The notes under the pieces were generated by a model, which saw only the letters and a list, made by a program, of their open reading frames with translations, was not told the origin of the DNA and did no database searches. A program made the position numbers and the translations under genes. Shown piece by piece: positions 1 through 14,169 of a DNA stretch of 64,000 bases (within the stretch, counting starts at the first letter, position 1; every line of letters begins with the position of its first letter). The DNA is from Octopus vulgaris (taxonomy: Eukaryota): positions 140,802,001 to 140,866,000 of the forward strand of contig OX597817.1 in assembly GCA_951406725.2 (NCBI GenBank). The letters run 5' to 3'.

Positions 1-332
1 CAACGGGTAGTGTCAGAGCTATGCCGTCGGGAACTTCGGTTCCTGGTAGGGCCACCCAAGGTGGATTGGTCTAACACCGAATGGTATTAGGGCCACAACC
101 TGGCAGACGGGGCTCTGGTGAAAATCATCGGAGCGTCTGCTTCGGCAACCGGCAGCTCCTCGGTCGTTCTGTCTCTGTGTCTGCGGACAATCTGCGGCAA
201 ACAGGATGTCTCCACATGCGGGATTGTTGGGGACCGCTTGTGAAATCCACATATTCCCACGAAACTTCTTCCATGAGAAGAATAAGCCGACTCAACCCGC
301 CCAGGGTGAATGTCGCCACAAGTAAGTAAGTA
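1..332 (+). mobile_element. Short RTE-derived non-autonomous element (5' part runs off the window edge)
   Basis: The 5' motif gagctatgccgtcgggaacttcggttcctggtagggccaccca resembles, from recall, the conserved 5' UTR of RTE/Expander LINEs. It ends in a (TAAG)n tail (aagtaagtaagtaa at ~320-333). No RT-like ORF. Confidence 0.55.
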
Positions 333-1101
333 ATCCCTATCTACACGTCGTAGGCCTATCAATATATTGAAAAGTCCTATTGAATACTGTTGTACAGCCA
401 GTAGCATCTTATACTAATTCGTTACCGAGTATCAATATCCAGTTGTAACGGCTGTACTGTAGTAGTATTTCAACTCAGTGACATCACTAATGCCCTTGAG
501 ATAAGCATAAACGTCGCTTAATCTCCATTTACTCCCAATAATAATATAAAGCATTTGTGTTTCTCACCAATCAATATTGATGAATGATGAGACTAATGTA
601 AGCTTTATGTAATCTGGTGAGGTTTGTGTGTTTAAAGATAATTGTAGCAGAACAAATAATTATTGCTATCACGTAACTAAGGGAGGAGGTTTATTATTCC
701 CTATTGTATCAGGTGAACGGGATTTTTTTGTGAGAAAACATGTTTTCTTTGCGCAATACACAGGAATATATACATTGTCTGGTAGCTCATTATATCGAGC
801 GTCAATATCAGCTAATGCTATCAATCTTTCTGATAGGCTTTCATCTTTGCAAGGTGATTTAATCATCATTACGATTTGTATGTGTGCGTATATGTGTATG
901 TATGTGCGTGTGTGTGTGTACATACATATATATAAAAATATATATATAGATATACACATATATATACATATACATATACATACATACATACATACATACA
1001 TACATACATACATACATACATACGTAGGTACGTATGTATGTATATATATGTGTTTATGTGCGTCTATGTGTGTGTATGCATATAGTTATATACATATATT
1101 A

Positions 1102-1790
1102 TATTTTACAATCCAGGAACAGGAAATATTACCCAAATATCTGATGCACAAAAAGGACAGAGATGCAAGAAAAGCAGTAAAATGTGACAGCCCTTGCAGG
1201 TTCTGTGGAGTTAACACCGAAGATATTACCAACATCTTAAGCAATTGTCCGAAAATGCTATCGCGGTATTCTACCAATGAGACCTGATGTTGTAGCTAGG
1301 ACACTGTATAACGAGATCCGTCGAAAGGATAACCTCGAGGACACATAAATAAGAACCCACAGTATGGTGGAAGTCATAGCCACTGATAATATAAAGGATT
1401 ATTGCTGGAGTGTCCCAGTGAAAGCCTCAATAAGATGTAAACACAATATACCTGATATAATGATTTAGGATAGAGAAGAGAAACTGTGTACAGTTGTGGA
1501 AATCAGCTGCCCAGCGAATGTTAAAGTTGAAGATCAGTGAAAAAGAGAAAAACTACGCTGGACTATAGAGAAATCTGCAGTTAAACTATCCACAATACAA
1601 GTACAGGCTTATACCTGTAATTATTGGGGCACTAGGGTATCTGACACACTGTCTAAATACCTATCTTGAGAAATTAAGCCTCTCGAAACTAGAAAGTGAA
1701 AGCTGATTCGAAGACTACAGACCCATGCTATCACTGAAACTGTAAAAATCCGTATGTCTGGATATGCAACTATATGCATAAGAAGACATA
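1102..1790 (+). pseudogene. 3' fragment of an R4/Dong-like non-LTR retrotransposon (CCHC knuckle + restriction-like endonuclease), decayed
   Basis: Translation across frameshifts gives IQEQEI...CRFCGVNTEDITNILSNCPKM...D VVARTLY...HNIPDIMI.DREEKLCTVVEISCP...EKEKNY...IPVIIGALG. Flanked by (TACA)n. Confidence 0.8.
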
Positions 1791-2478
1791 CGTAAAACAA
1801 AACACACCAATTTGCACATATACATACATACAATCAAAAATACCCAGTTGTTGATGTTGAAATTCCAATGAAGGAGCCTTGGATCTAGGTTAGAAACCGA
1901 TTCTTTCTCTATGGCAAGAAATCTTGAAATAAACTGAATAAGGACATACATACATACATACATACATACATACATACATACATACATACATACATACATA
2001 CATACATACATACATACATACGTACGTACGTGCGTACATACACACCTACATATATACATTTGTTATTTACGATCGTTTTACGAGAGTTCAAAATGCTCGT
2101 TAACAAAGTGACAAGACGTTTCGAGATGAGACAGTTGCTGATGTTTGTAAATATGTGGTTGTGTTGGTGCGTTGGTTAAATGATTGTTGCATCGCCCAGA
2201 TTTGTGCATCTGTTTATTCACCTAAAGAATCCCAGATTCTCCAAATAAAATAGATTTGATTTGGAGAATCCGCGTCGACTTCTTTTGCTCTTTCTTCGAA
2301 AAATCTAGCATTTCTAGGCTTTTATGTTAATTTGTAGATATATAGCCTAATAATGCACCTACGATAATATGTACAAATGAGAGCTTATATTGGGGTACAA
2401 GAGATGTAATTTCCGTTAATTCACTATAAATATTCTTTTTCTTGCACGATTGATGGTAGATACATACATCCCTTGTGA

Positions 2479-2628
2479 ATGTATGTATGTATGTATGTAT
2501 GTATGTATGTATGTATGTATGTATGTATGTATGTATGTATGTATGTATGTATGTATGTATGTATGTATGTATGTATGTATGTATGTATGTATGTATGTAT
2601 GTATGTATGTATGTATGTATGTATGTAT
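2479..2628. repeat. (ATGT)n microsatellite
   Basis: Pure tetranucleotide run of about 150 bp. Confidence 0.98.
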
Positions 2629-3496
2629 CTGCATGTATGTATGCGCCTGCATGTGTGTGTGTATCTGTGTGTACATATGTATATATTCAAGGTATAGTTA
2701 GAATATACTGAGCAAGCCACATCAGGTAGTAGAATTAGAAAAAGTCGAGCTTATATACCATGTATGCAGCATCTATTATACTTAGAGACCCCCTGTTAAG
2801 TTATTGAGATAGAGTGGCAGAGTGAGTTTTATCTCCCGATAACTCAATGTTCTCTCTGTTCTTTCTATGCTTATGTTCACGCTTAGTAAAATAATTTATG
2901 CAATACAATCTTTCGATAACATTTTTCACATTCTACTTTCGTACCTGTTTGTGACATTTGCCATTAAGCGTACAAGAGGTGAGGTTACTGCTATTCAAAT
3001 CTGGTGAACGAGTATGTGTGTACCTGTATCTATTATTTTCTTTATAGTGGGATATTACGGTTGTGATGTTTCTAGGCAATTATAGCTAACTTTTATGTTT
3101 TCTTACTTATGGGATTATAGTATAATAAAAGTACTTTTTATCATTGACAGGAAGTTTCCAGCTATATTAGAAACAACATAGCAAAATATACAACTTCCTT
3201 ACTTCTCGTGCACTGTATAGCTTGTTCTATACACTAAATTTATTTATATGTGTATGTGTGTGTATACACACACACACACACATGTATTATATATATATAT
3301 ATACATATATACACACACACGCAAGCATATTATGTATGTATGCATGTGTGTACGTATGTATGCATGTATATATGAATATGATAGATTATTGTCATAATCT
3401 CTCTTTACGAGATTGTTTAAACATTGACATCAGTCGAGAAACAATAAAACGAATAACACTGCAGAAACTCTGCATTCCACTATAACTGAATTATAT

Positions 3497-3908
3497 ATTT
3501 ACTCTTTTACTTGTTTGTCATTTGACTGTGGCCATGCTGGAGCACCGCCTTTAGTCGAGCAAAATCGACCCCCAGGACTTATTCATTGTAAGCCTAGTAC
3601 TTATTCTATCGGTCTGTTTTGCCGAACCACTAAGTTACGGGGACGTAAACGCACCAGCATCGTTTGTCAAGCGATGTTGGGGGGGGGGGACAAACACAGA
3701 CACACAAACATATACACACATACATATATATATGTATATACATATATACGACGGGCTTCTTTCAGTTTCCGCCTACCATATCCACTCACAAGGCTTCGGT
3801 CGGCCCGAGGCTATAGTTGAAGACACTTGCCCAAGGTGCCACGCAGTGGGACTGAACCCGGAACCATGTGGTTGGTAAGCAAGCTACTTACCACTCAGCC
3901 ACTCCTAT
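3497..3908 (-). mobile_element. tRNA-derived SINE family A (CORE-like, probably octopus OR-type), near full length
   Basis: The minus strand has A/B-box-like gtggctgagtggt...ggttcagtccc, a CORE-like ccttgggcaagt, an internal TA/TG tract and the tail gcatggccacagtcaaatgac...gtaaaagagt. More than 10 copies in the window. Confidence 0.85.
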
Positions 3909-3916
3909 GCTTATGT

Positions 3917-3950
<34 letters not shown>

Positions 3951-4769
3951 ACATACATACATACATACATACATACATACTAGCAATGCATCCCGGCGTT
4001 GCCTAGGTGCTATGACAATCATTCACATTGTAATTTTTGTTCCTTTCTTATGGACAGAATTAGCACACGAGTATAAAGCAAACAACTTTTCTTTATAAAC
4101 ATGATTTCTGGTCATTTTCTGATGAACAACGCTGAAGTTTCCGTCTACGAAATTCAGTCACAAGTCTGTGGTTGGCCTATGGCTATAGTGGAAAACACTT
4201 GCCCAAGGTACCATGTAGAGGGACTGAACGTGGAACCATGTGGTTGGGAAGCAAACCTCTCAACCCCACAGTCATTTTTTGCACCTAATATATGTGTGCG
4301 CATGCGAGCGCGCATGTGTTTACATTTATTGCTTAATTGAGCATTGTCTCCCATTATGTCTCAAAGTTCATCAAGCAGAGATCTATTAAATAAATGACAA
4401 AATTGAAATACGTACTGAGGTCAGTATGAGCAATTAAATTTTTGAAGGTGAAACCCCATCATGGCGACATTCGAAAGACTAAACCCAGTAAAATAATGTT
4501 TAAAGACTTAATGGCTTCAAATTTAAGGCAATGGATTACTAACCTCAAGATAATGAGTTCAAAACTTCGTATTGAACTTCCGCTCTGTACGGTAACAGTA
4601 TATGTACATCTCAGGCTACTTGACTTCCAACAACTAACAATTGTAATTTGAAGTTGAATGGTTAGCAGTAAGAAAGATGCCCGGATTTCTTTAAAAAAAT
4701 TATTGTGCAAAATATCCTGAGGAAAAGTATTTTTTCACCAGAACAAAACACACACACACACACACACAC

Positions 4770-4820
<51 letters not shown>

Positions 4821-5441
4821 CACTCACACACACACACACATTCTGGTGACTTTGTAGTAACTTGAGCGACTACAAATAGCAGCTAAATCTCTCTTAAAAT
4901 ACATCCTTTCATCAAAAGAAATACACAGATTTACGTTATTTCAGGAAAAAGAAAAAAAGTATTCGATGCGTCGTTTACATCAGAGGCAACTCTCGGTTAG
5001 ACAAGACATCAAGACATAGACAAACATACTTTATATTAAAAGATTATCTAGTAAATAATACTAATAAAGTTGACGGCATATCTTCGAAATGTCATTCCCT
5101 GGTAAAACTCCATATAGAGTGTTCAGGCAGAGTTGCCTCCCTTATCTAAAGACTAAAAATTGTGCGACCCGACCTCCTTTCGATGTAATTTTTGTAGTAA
5201 AAAAGATTTGCTGTGCAAAAAACATACTTTATTTGATAACCGAAAGATTACTGAATATTTCTTAGTGGTAAGACCATAGCGGATCTATTTCTAGCATAAG
5301 GGTGTCCACATAGTGGTTTCTTTCTAATATGTATATAATACAATTTTACTGAACCTTCGGTTTTTTTATATGCTAGACCACTGGTGTGAAATCGATGTTA
5401 ATTAAATTAATATCTAATTTTCCCACCCTCATTTTAAATTT

Positions 5442-5499
<58 letters not shown>

Positions 5500-6212
5500 G
5501 TTAGTTAACTTTTCGCTGTGTCCAAAATATTTTACACTCCTTTGTCGAATATTTTACCATGTGTGTGTGTGTGCGAGCCAGTGAATATTTTGAAACCTAG
5601 TAATAATTTGCGGGATTTTCTATTTATCCACCTCAAATACACAGTTATTGATTACGCTTCTTTTGAATTCAGTTTCTCTTAGTTGGGAATTACTTTGTCT
5701 CTCAGAATGGCAGGGCGTTTCCAAAGTAAAATTCCCCATTCCACTGCATCAAGATCTAGAGGATCAATAAGCTTAGTTCGATCTGTAGCAGTAACATCGA
5801 TATGAATACAGTTGAGATCATCCTTTGTAGTTCATTCTCAAGAAATGTATGTGCACTTTTAGAAGACATAGACTCGGGTGTTTTTATAAATTTGTAATCA
5901 ATCTTTTGGCAAATGAATGATAGAGATTTATTGAGAGCCTCTGAAAGGATTTGAGAGAAACTGGATTTTCTAGCAACACAAAATATTTCTCATATAATTT
6001 GAGGATCGCAAAAAGTTTTTGTAAATATATAAATATATATAAATATAAAAATATAAATATTCTGTTGCTAATGATTTTTGTGCGCATTAATACGGATGCT
6101 TTCACACAAATGTGATGATTTTCTTTGTATGAAATCGTTTCATCATATTTAGAAATTCCTCAAAACACTGCAAGTACACTTACACTGGTGCTATACCCCT
6201 AGAATACTTTAA

Positions 6213-6625
6213 ATACTCTTTTACTCTTTTACTTGTTTCAGTCATTTGACTGTGGCCATGCTGGAGCACCGCCTTTAGTCGACCAAATCGACTCCAGGAC
6301 TTATTCTTTGTAAGCCTAGTACTTATTCTATCGGTCTGTTTTGCCGAACCACTAAGTTACGGGGACGTAAACTCACCAGCATCGGTTGTCAAGCGATGTT
6401 GGGAAGACAAACACAGACACACAAACACACACACACACACATATATATACATATACATATATGACAGGCTTCTTTCAGTTTCTGTCTACCAAACCCACTC
6501 ACAAGGCTTCGGTCGGCCCGAGGCTATAGTAGAAGACACTTGCCCAAAGTGCCATGCAGTGGGACTGTACCCGAGACTATGTGGTTGGTAAGCAAGCTAC
6601 TTACCACACAGCCACTCCTACGCCT
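6213..6625 (-). mobile_element. SINE family A copy
   Basis: Same sequence family as 3497-3908. Confidence 0.85.
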
Positions 6626-7500
6626 ATGTTTAATAGTTTAATTTATGAAGGCTCTTAACATTTCTTGTCCTTCATCTTGGAATTTATCAGTTTCGTTTCG
6701 TGTTTTTTTCTTTAAATTCTCACATTTCTTCCAATCTTGCAACAACTTCGATTTCTTCCAAGACTGTTGCGAATTTGAAATGAAATTTATTCAGTTATTG
6801 TTGTTGTTGCTGTTGTTGTTGTCATTATCGTCGTTGTCGTCGATGCCGTTGTTGTTCAATGTATTTTTTTTTAGCTGTCTTTGATATTCTTATTATTTAT
6901 CTTTTTTTTTGCTGTTGTTATTTAACGACCCCCCACCACCACCACCACGATGTTGGGAAGACAAACACAGACACACAAACACACACACACACGCACACAC
7001 ATATATACGTACATATATACGACAGGCTTCTTTCAGTTTCCGTCTACCAAACCCACTCACAAGGCTTCGGTCGGCCCGAGGCTATAGTAGAAGACACTTG
7101 CCCAAAGTGCCATGCAGTGGGACTGAACCCGGGACTATGTGGTTGGTAAGCAAGCTACTTACCACACAGCCACTCCTACGCCTATGTTTAATAGTTTAAT
7201 TTATGAAGGCTTTTAACATTTCTTGTCCTTCATCTTGGAATTTATCAGTTTCGTTTCGTGTTTCTTTTTTTAAATTCTCACATTTCTTCCAATCTTGCAA
7301 CAACTTCGATTTCTTCCAAGACTGTTGCGAATTTGAAATGAAATTTATTCAGTTATTGTTGTTGTTGCTGTTGTTGTTGTCATTATCGTCGTTGTCGTCG
7401 ATGCCGTTGTTGTTCAATGTATTATTTTTTTAGCTGTCTTTGATATTCTTATTATTTATCTTTTTTTTGCTGTTGTTATTTAACGAAACCCCCACCCCAC
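6394..7500. repeat. Tandem duplication with a period of ~555 bp
   Basis: 6394-6947 is nearly identical to 6948-7500 (half a SINE plus unique flank). Confidence 0.9.
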
Positions 7501-8457
7501 TGTTAGTAAAGCCAAGGACGTTTCCGCTGTGATTATTCCATCTTTTAAGGTATAATATATCTAAGGCCTCCTTCGCTATTTATCACAATACGATATGATT
7601 TGATTGCTATTTAGCTATTATGTTTATTATGCTTCATTGAGGTTAACGCTTGTCATAATGAAAGCAAGGGTGTTGATTGAGACAGGGCTTCCTTTTGGGT
7701 GGAAGTTGTAGATTTATTCCAGTCGAAAGTGTTGTTTTTATTACTGACGCAGCTTAGATTTTCTCATGTTAAAATGATTGTATCAACAAACACTGGACAC
7801 TGCTTGGTTGAAGGCTGGACATGGAATCATTATACACTGGACACGCAATGATTGTAGACTGAACGCTGATTGGTTTTAGTCTGGACAGAGAATGACCGCG
7901 GACAGAGCACTGATACATTCCATCCCGCAGTTCACCGGTACGCCATCTCCTCTCACTGTCATTCCTACCACAGCTATATTGGCCTATGTTGCTCGGTTCT
8001 GGTTCAGTCCGAACCATCTCCTCTTTAGCAATGCCATCCTTCTCGTCTCTCTACCTCCCATCATTTGCCTTGTTTCTGTGCTCAACCCTCACCCAGGCCT
8101 CTCACCGAACACTTCCTATCTAGAATGTCCGTCTCTGGAATTATCTCACTGCTCATATTTTTCTGAAAGTTGTCAACTTGCAACCGTTTAAAGTGAAACC
8201 TCAAGAGTATCTCCGACATCCATCCAGAAGGACCTTCCGACCCAAGATGTAAAAAACGACGGAGCACTCAACGATTGTAGCCACACATACTGACCACAGC
8301 ATAATTTTCCATTAGCTTATCTCACAAATGTACCAATGATATTTCACCACAATCAATCTTATTTTTATCTCGATCTGCTAAATATTAAACACTACTAAAG
8401 AAGAAAAACATGATTGTGTATAAACATGCACTGAAGTAGAAACATGGGCGTATATAA

Positions 8458-8534
<77 letters not shown>

Positions 8535-9055
8535 TATGTACATGTGTGTGTAGGTGTATTCTGTGTGCATTGGAAAGTCAGAGAGAAAAGAAGAGATGCA
8601 TACATGCAAATGTTCAAATATATAAATAAATTTTAACAAAATCAGCCTTAAGTTAGTTACTGGAAACTAAAAGACATTAAAAAAACTCTATTAAGGTTGT
8701 GCTGTAAACTAAATGTTTGTCTATTGGGCTTTCACAACTTGACTTTTATTGCGTTGCATTAGGTTTTCTGAATAGATTCTTAGCTCTATTTAGCACCGTT
8801 TTACTGGCAAATAGGCGCCAGATTCTTTGAGACTCTTCTCTGCGAAAGATTGCTGTCTTCTGTAGAAAAGAGTTGTTTCTCTTCCCCTTAATTCAGATCG
8901 GAACCCAAGCATATGACTATGGTCTTTTGCATTACTTAAATAAGATAAAGGATGGCAGCAAGTAGTTTAATGTGCCTGTATGTGAGTTGAGTGCGTGTGT
9001 AAGTGTGAGTGAATCTGTGTAAGAGAGACAGATTGTTCACTTTACATAATATATA

Positions 9056-9112
<57 letters not shown>

Positions 9113-9115
<3 letters not shown>

Positions 9116-9300
9116 CCCAACTACATGGTTCCAGGTTCAGTCCCACTGCGTGGCAACTTGGGTAAGTTTCTTCTACTATGGTCTTGGGTCGACCAGATCC
9201 TTGTGAGTGGATTTGGTAGACGGAAACTGAAAGAAACCCGTCGTATATATGTATAGGTATATATCTATGCGTGTATGTTTTTGTGTTTGTGTTTGTGCCA
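9113..9300 (+). mobile_element. SINE family A fragment
   Basis: catggttccaggttcagtcccactgcgtggc...gaaactgaaagaaacccgtcgtatat. Confidence 0.75.
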
Positions 9301-10139
9301 ATTTTAATGTTTTTTGTGTCAAAATGTTCAACAATGTATCGTCTCATTGGCATTAAAACACTCCCCATCTTTCTCTAATCTCAGTCGCGTTGTATCTCCT
9401 CCTAAGAATTTCTAAAGCTACTACAATGGCCTCTGCCCCTCAGAATTGTCTAGTCACGTGTCAATATGTGTCGAACGCATGTTGCTTCCTGTCGAACACT
9501 TCTGACTTATACGTTTCTCTTTCTTTTCCTCCTTCTCCTTTTCACTCCATCTTTATCTTAGAACATGCAGCGGACAAAATATAAATGAAGAGAAGAGAAA
9601 AGATTGTCCCTACTAAGCTATGCACGTGTTCACGCGCATCGATTTTGAAACCTGTGCACGAAGATAATTAATGTGAGCACAAAATAGTAGTAGCCTAAAA
9701 TAAAGTATTAATTACTAATTATAATTCCTGAAAATAATCTTTTAATGAACAGTTTCGATCAATTAGTTCGTTTCACAAACGACGTTTGAACTCTCTACTT
9801 TACATCATCTCACCTCTTCCTGTTCCGGTTTATATAAAGGCAGCCATGTTTGGTGGACGATGTTCGGAAAGTTTACGAAGATATTTCTTCCGAGTGTTTA
9901 ATTAGAAAAAAACATATCGATTGATTATATCGGATTCCAATGAAGTAGATGGCAAGAAGTGCAAAAGAATCTGTAATTTTCTTTAAAGGTAAATAACTTA
10001 AGATCGTAGAAACTGCACCGAAAACTCATAAGGCTATGAATGTTTAGCTACGAGAAAGATGTGGTGTATGTGTACGTTAAATACATACATGCATATATAT
10101 ATGTTTATGTGTATGTATGTATACGTATATATGTATGAG

Positions 10140-10291
<152 letters not shown>

Positions 10292-11914
10292 CATACATTA
10301 AGTACACACGTGTGTGTGTGTGTGTGTGTGTGTGTCGGCTGTTATTATTTAGCAATGAATCAGAAATTAAAGTTGCTTGTATTTGTAGTAAAAATTCTTT
10401 AAAATTTCGCAAGTGCAAAGAACTGGTTTGATATTTAGAAAGTTGACATTTTTGAAGTCTTGTTTTCAGAAGTAAACTCTATAAAGATGCTGTTTAAAAT
10501 TTCGTTTATAAAATTTCGTCGTTACCTCTTACAAAAAAAAGTTGCGCATTTTATCGTTCAAAGTAATGATTAACCGAGAAGGAAAACGATGAAACTCAGA
10601 AGAGATCACAGTTCTTATTGACAAGGTGTTGTTAGGGCTTAAAACGAATAACGCTTTGTATTCAGTTCAACACATTAACGAAGATGAGGTAAGTTGTGTT
10701 TAACTCCCAGGCAGCTGGAGAAGCAATATTTATGCATTTGAGTTCTAGGAGACTATCAACTATGTTATTCAGAACGATATGTTTGAAGAATACAATTAGT
10801 AAATTTCTCACGCATTAACAATTGATAGGCATATCTGTCAGAAAATGTTGTATAACATCTTCGGAAAACTGTTCCTTAAAATAATCATAGTGTTACCAAT
10901 ACACTCGTGTCTGCGCTTCAAATTTAGATCTAAAGATTGTAGCGCATTCAAAACATTTCACATCAACTACCACCACAGTATCACACACACACTTGGAAAC
11001 CCTGGAGGTTTGTGATACAGGAAAGAAGTCAGATTTATATTTTGTTGAGAACAATCTCTATTGTATTTTCTCGATGTATATTTAAAAGCTGGAAATTTAA
11101 AGAAAATACAAAGGCCTCTAAAAAGAAGTGTATTACTTTCAAAGCACTTAATAAAATCATTTACTTATTTTGACACTTTGTTTTGCAGGCAAATAATAAA
11201 AATGTGACACTGATTGCAAACTTCAAAGAAAATAAGTGGAATGAGCCCATAGCTAAATACTGTCACAAAAGATCGATAAAATCCACATACAAAATAGATT
11301 TAAAGGCTTTAGGTGATAGCTTTGAAGAACTGACTGACGGACAGGGATTTTACAAGCGTCTGTTTGACATGACGTTATGAGAGGTAAAATGGAAAGATAA
11401 GATAGAAATATTTGAGAGATACTGTTTCATGGAATGACCAAAGTTCTGATAAGCCTACAACGTGAAGAGCAAAAATAAATAAGAATTTACAGGGGATTTT
11501 ATGCTCAATAGTCAAGTTTGATTCCTTTTGGATTATAATTTTACACTGTGCAATAAACGAGATAATGTTTTATATTTAATGCATGATCCTATAGCTGAAA
11601 ATATATGGTTAAATAGTTCAATCATTTGAAATTATCGTTGCAAGAAAAAATAATTCAAATTGGTTTCAAACAGTGGACTTCAAAATAAATAGGTTTGTAA
11701 CTTTGAGGAAAACTTTCTTGTGTCCAACGCTGACTATAAGTAGTGGTTTAGTCTCAAAAACAAACATAAAGCCGTTTAGCTGTCACTTTGATATACTAAG
11801 AATGAAAGGCTCTGAGTCTAGAGTGTACAAAAATGGGTAAATTCCATAGAAAATAGAGACCAAAAGGTTTCTGATGAACTTAAGTATATAAATGTTAATC
11901 TGTGAAGTTTATAT

Positions 11915-12330
11915 TCACCCTCCTTTCAACAGAAATGCTGAGTGGCACCCCTTTGCAAAGGCACCATCTTTGCTATTGCTCACATCTAGGACCGCCAACA
12001 TACCATTCAGGTCCATGAAGATTGTCCGCACTTCGTGATTCAGGTATTTCTTAACCACAACTTCCACCCTGTCTTTCACTCCAAACCGACTAAGTGATGC
12101 GTAGTCCCAAAGCAATTGAAAATGAGAGCTAGTGTGCGTGTGCGAGAAACCCTGGTCTCACTGGCAGCTATCACATCCAAACATAACAACTGGAGGTCAT
12201 TGAGCAAGCGATCTTGCTTCCAAGACGACTCCAGGCCACGTACATTTATGCACCCCACTCTAATATTTGCCATCTTGGCCGGAAAGAGTTGAGAGAAAAG
12301 ATAAAGTTGAGGTTACTTAACTTGCCGGTG
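11915..12330 (-). pseudogene. Tx1/L1-like LINE apurinic endonuclease N-terminus, decayed
   Basis: MANIRVGCINVRGL...LDVIAASETR...VLDVSNS; homologous to 49795-50259. Confidence 0.8.
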
Positions 12331-12344
12331 TTGTCGGCGGGTGA

Positions 12345-12665
12345 GCCTTTCATGGAACCCTCTGAGCTATCCTTTCATGGAACCCTCTGAGCTTCCTCAT
12401 CCAATAACCTTGGACCCCATTCGGTTCTGAGCTCTTCCAATTTGGGAATTTTCTTAACTACTTTTTTTTTTACCATTTCTTGGACCTTCATATTTCTTAA
12501 CCTATCTTGAATTTCATGCAGCCACTCTGCTCCATCACTATGCTCTACAGGTTGATCCCAGATCCTTCTCCAGAATGCCTTGCTTTTCTCTGCATCTGGT
12601 ATCATTGTTATGTGTATTTGCCCATCTAGTTCCTGAAACAGTTTCTTCTAATTTGCTTCAAACAC
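12345..12665 (-). pseudogene. R4/Dong-like LINE fragment (region just N-terminal of RT)
   Basis: FQELDG...PDAEKSKAFWRRIWDQPVEH...AEWL..., then frameshifted WKSSEPNGVQGYW. Confidence 0.7.
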
Positions 12666-13479
12666 TAATACAATCACAACCTCATCTCAAAAGAAAGCAT
12701 GCACAACAGCAAGCAAACACATAGACACCAAACTTCGTGCTGTAAGGAGGGCCAATGATGAATTGATGGCCCTCATAGCTTGAAACAAAGACATAGAGAG
12801 AAGAGTGCAATTTGCAACACAAGTACTTTTAAAATGCCTGATGACTTAATGTTAGTGAGAATGCCTCTTAACTCATACAAGAAAATCGGGAGGTTTTGCC
12901 ATACGACGTGGGAACGCCACGAGCAGACGTTTAAAGGGATTCCCAAAGGAATCCCAACCAAACTCGGAGGTCAACTTCCTGCCTAGGGCGAGCCCACAAC
13001 AATATCATATCTTCTCCACTATTTCAGTATTACGTGTTAAAAGTGAAACAAAAACATCTCTCTATTGTAATGTCAGATACTTTCACTTTAATACTGAAAC
13101 TATTAAAGTCAAACTATTATATAAGAGGGATGAGCCATTAACAGTGGACATCCATTTTGCCAGAAGATCCGCTATGGTCTTATATGCTACACCACTGGTT
13201 TTCAATTCATATTAATCAAATTAATATTCAATTTCTCACCCTTATTTTAAATTTAAATTTAAACCCAGGACCTTGTGTTTTGGAATGAAGTTTGTTACCA
13301 CACAGCCACACCTGCACCTATGTATGTATGTGTGTGTGTGTGTATGTGTGTATAGCTGTATATGTATACATTTATTTCTATACATATAGATGTATAAGTA
13401 TACATGTATATGTGTAGATATATATATATAGATGTACATGTAATATATACACATATATATTCACATATATACACCCATA

Positions 13480-13516
<37 letters not shown>

Positions 13517-13524
<8 letters not shown>

Positions 13525-13830
13525 GTGTGGCTGTGTGGTAACAAACTTCGTTCCAAAACACATGGTCCTCAGTTCAGTCCCACTGTGTGGTGACTTGGCA
13601 TGTGTCTTCTGCTAAAGCCTCAGACCAACCAAAGCCTTGCCAGTGGATTTTGTAGACAGAAACTGAAAGAAATCAATCGTATATATATGTATGTATATAT
13701 GTAAGTCTGTGTGTGTGTCTTTGTGTTTCTCCCTCAGCACTGCCTAACAACTGGTGTTCGTTTATTTACATCCCCATGACTTACTGGTTTCACAAGAAGA
13801 AACTGATAGAATAAGTACCAGGCTTATCAA
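13517..13830 (+). mobile_element. SINE family A copy (diverged), head-to-head with a fragment at 13265-13320
   Basis: ggtgtggctgtgtggtaacaaac...gatagaataagtaccaggctta. Confidence 0.75.
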
Positions 13831-14005
13831 AATAAAAAAAAACACTAGGCAGTATCTCATATTTTTGTTTGCCCACATAATTTATCTTTGTGTGTGTGTG
13901 TGTATCGGTGTGTATATCGACTTATCAACATAAAAATAGCACTACGCTGTGTCTCATATTTTTGTTTGCCCACTCAATTTATCTTTGTGTATGTGTGTGT
14001 GTATG

Positions 14006-14141
<136 letters not shown>

Positions 14142-14169
14142 CATGTATGTATATGTGTACATTCATATT

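Noticed and set aside
1860-1910. Hammerhead-like ccaatga...gaaaccgatt
   Set aside because: The core and stem I cannot be formed convincingly; at best a decayed relic
2111-2138. Minus-strand gcaa CUG...GAAACGUC uugu
   Set aside because: The ANGA part of the core and stem II are missing
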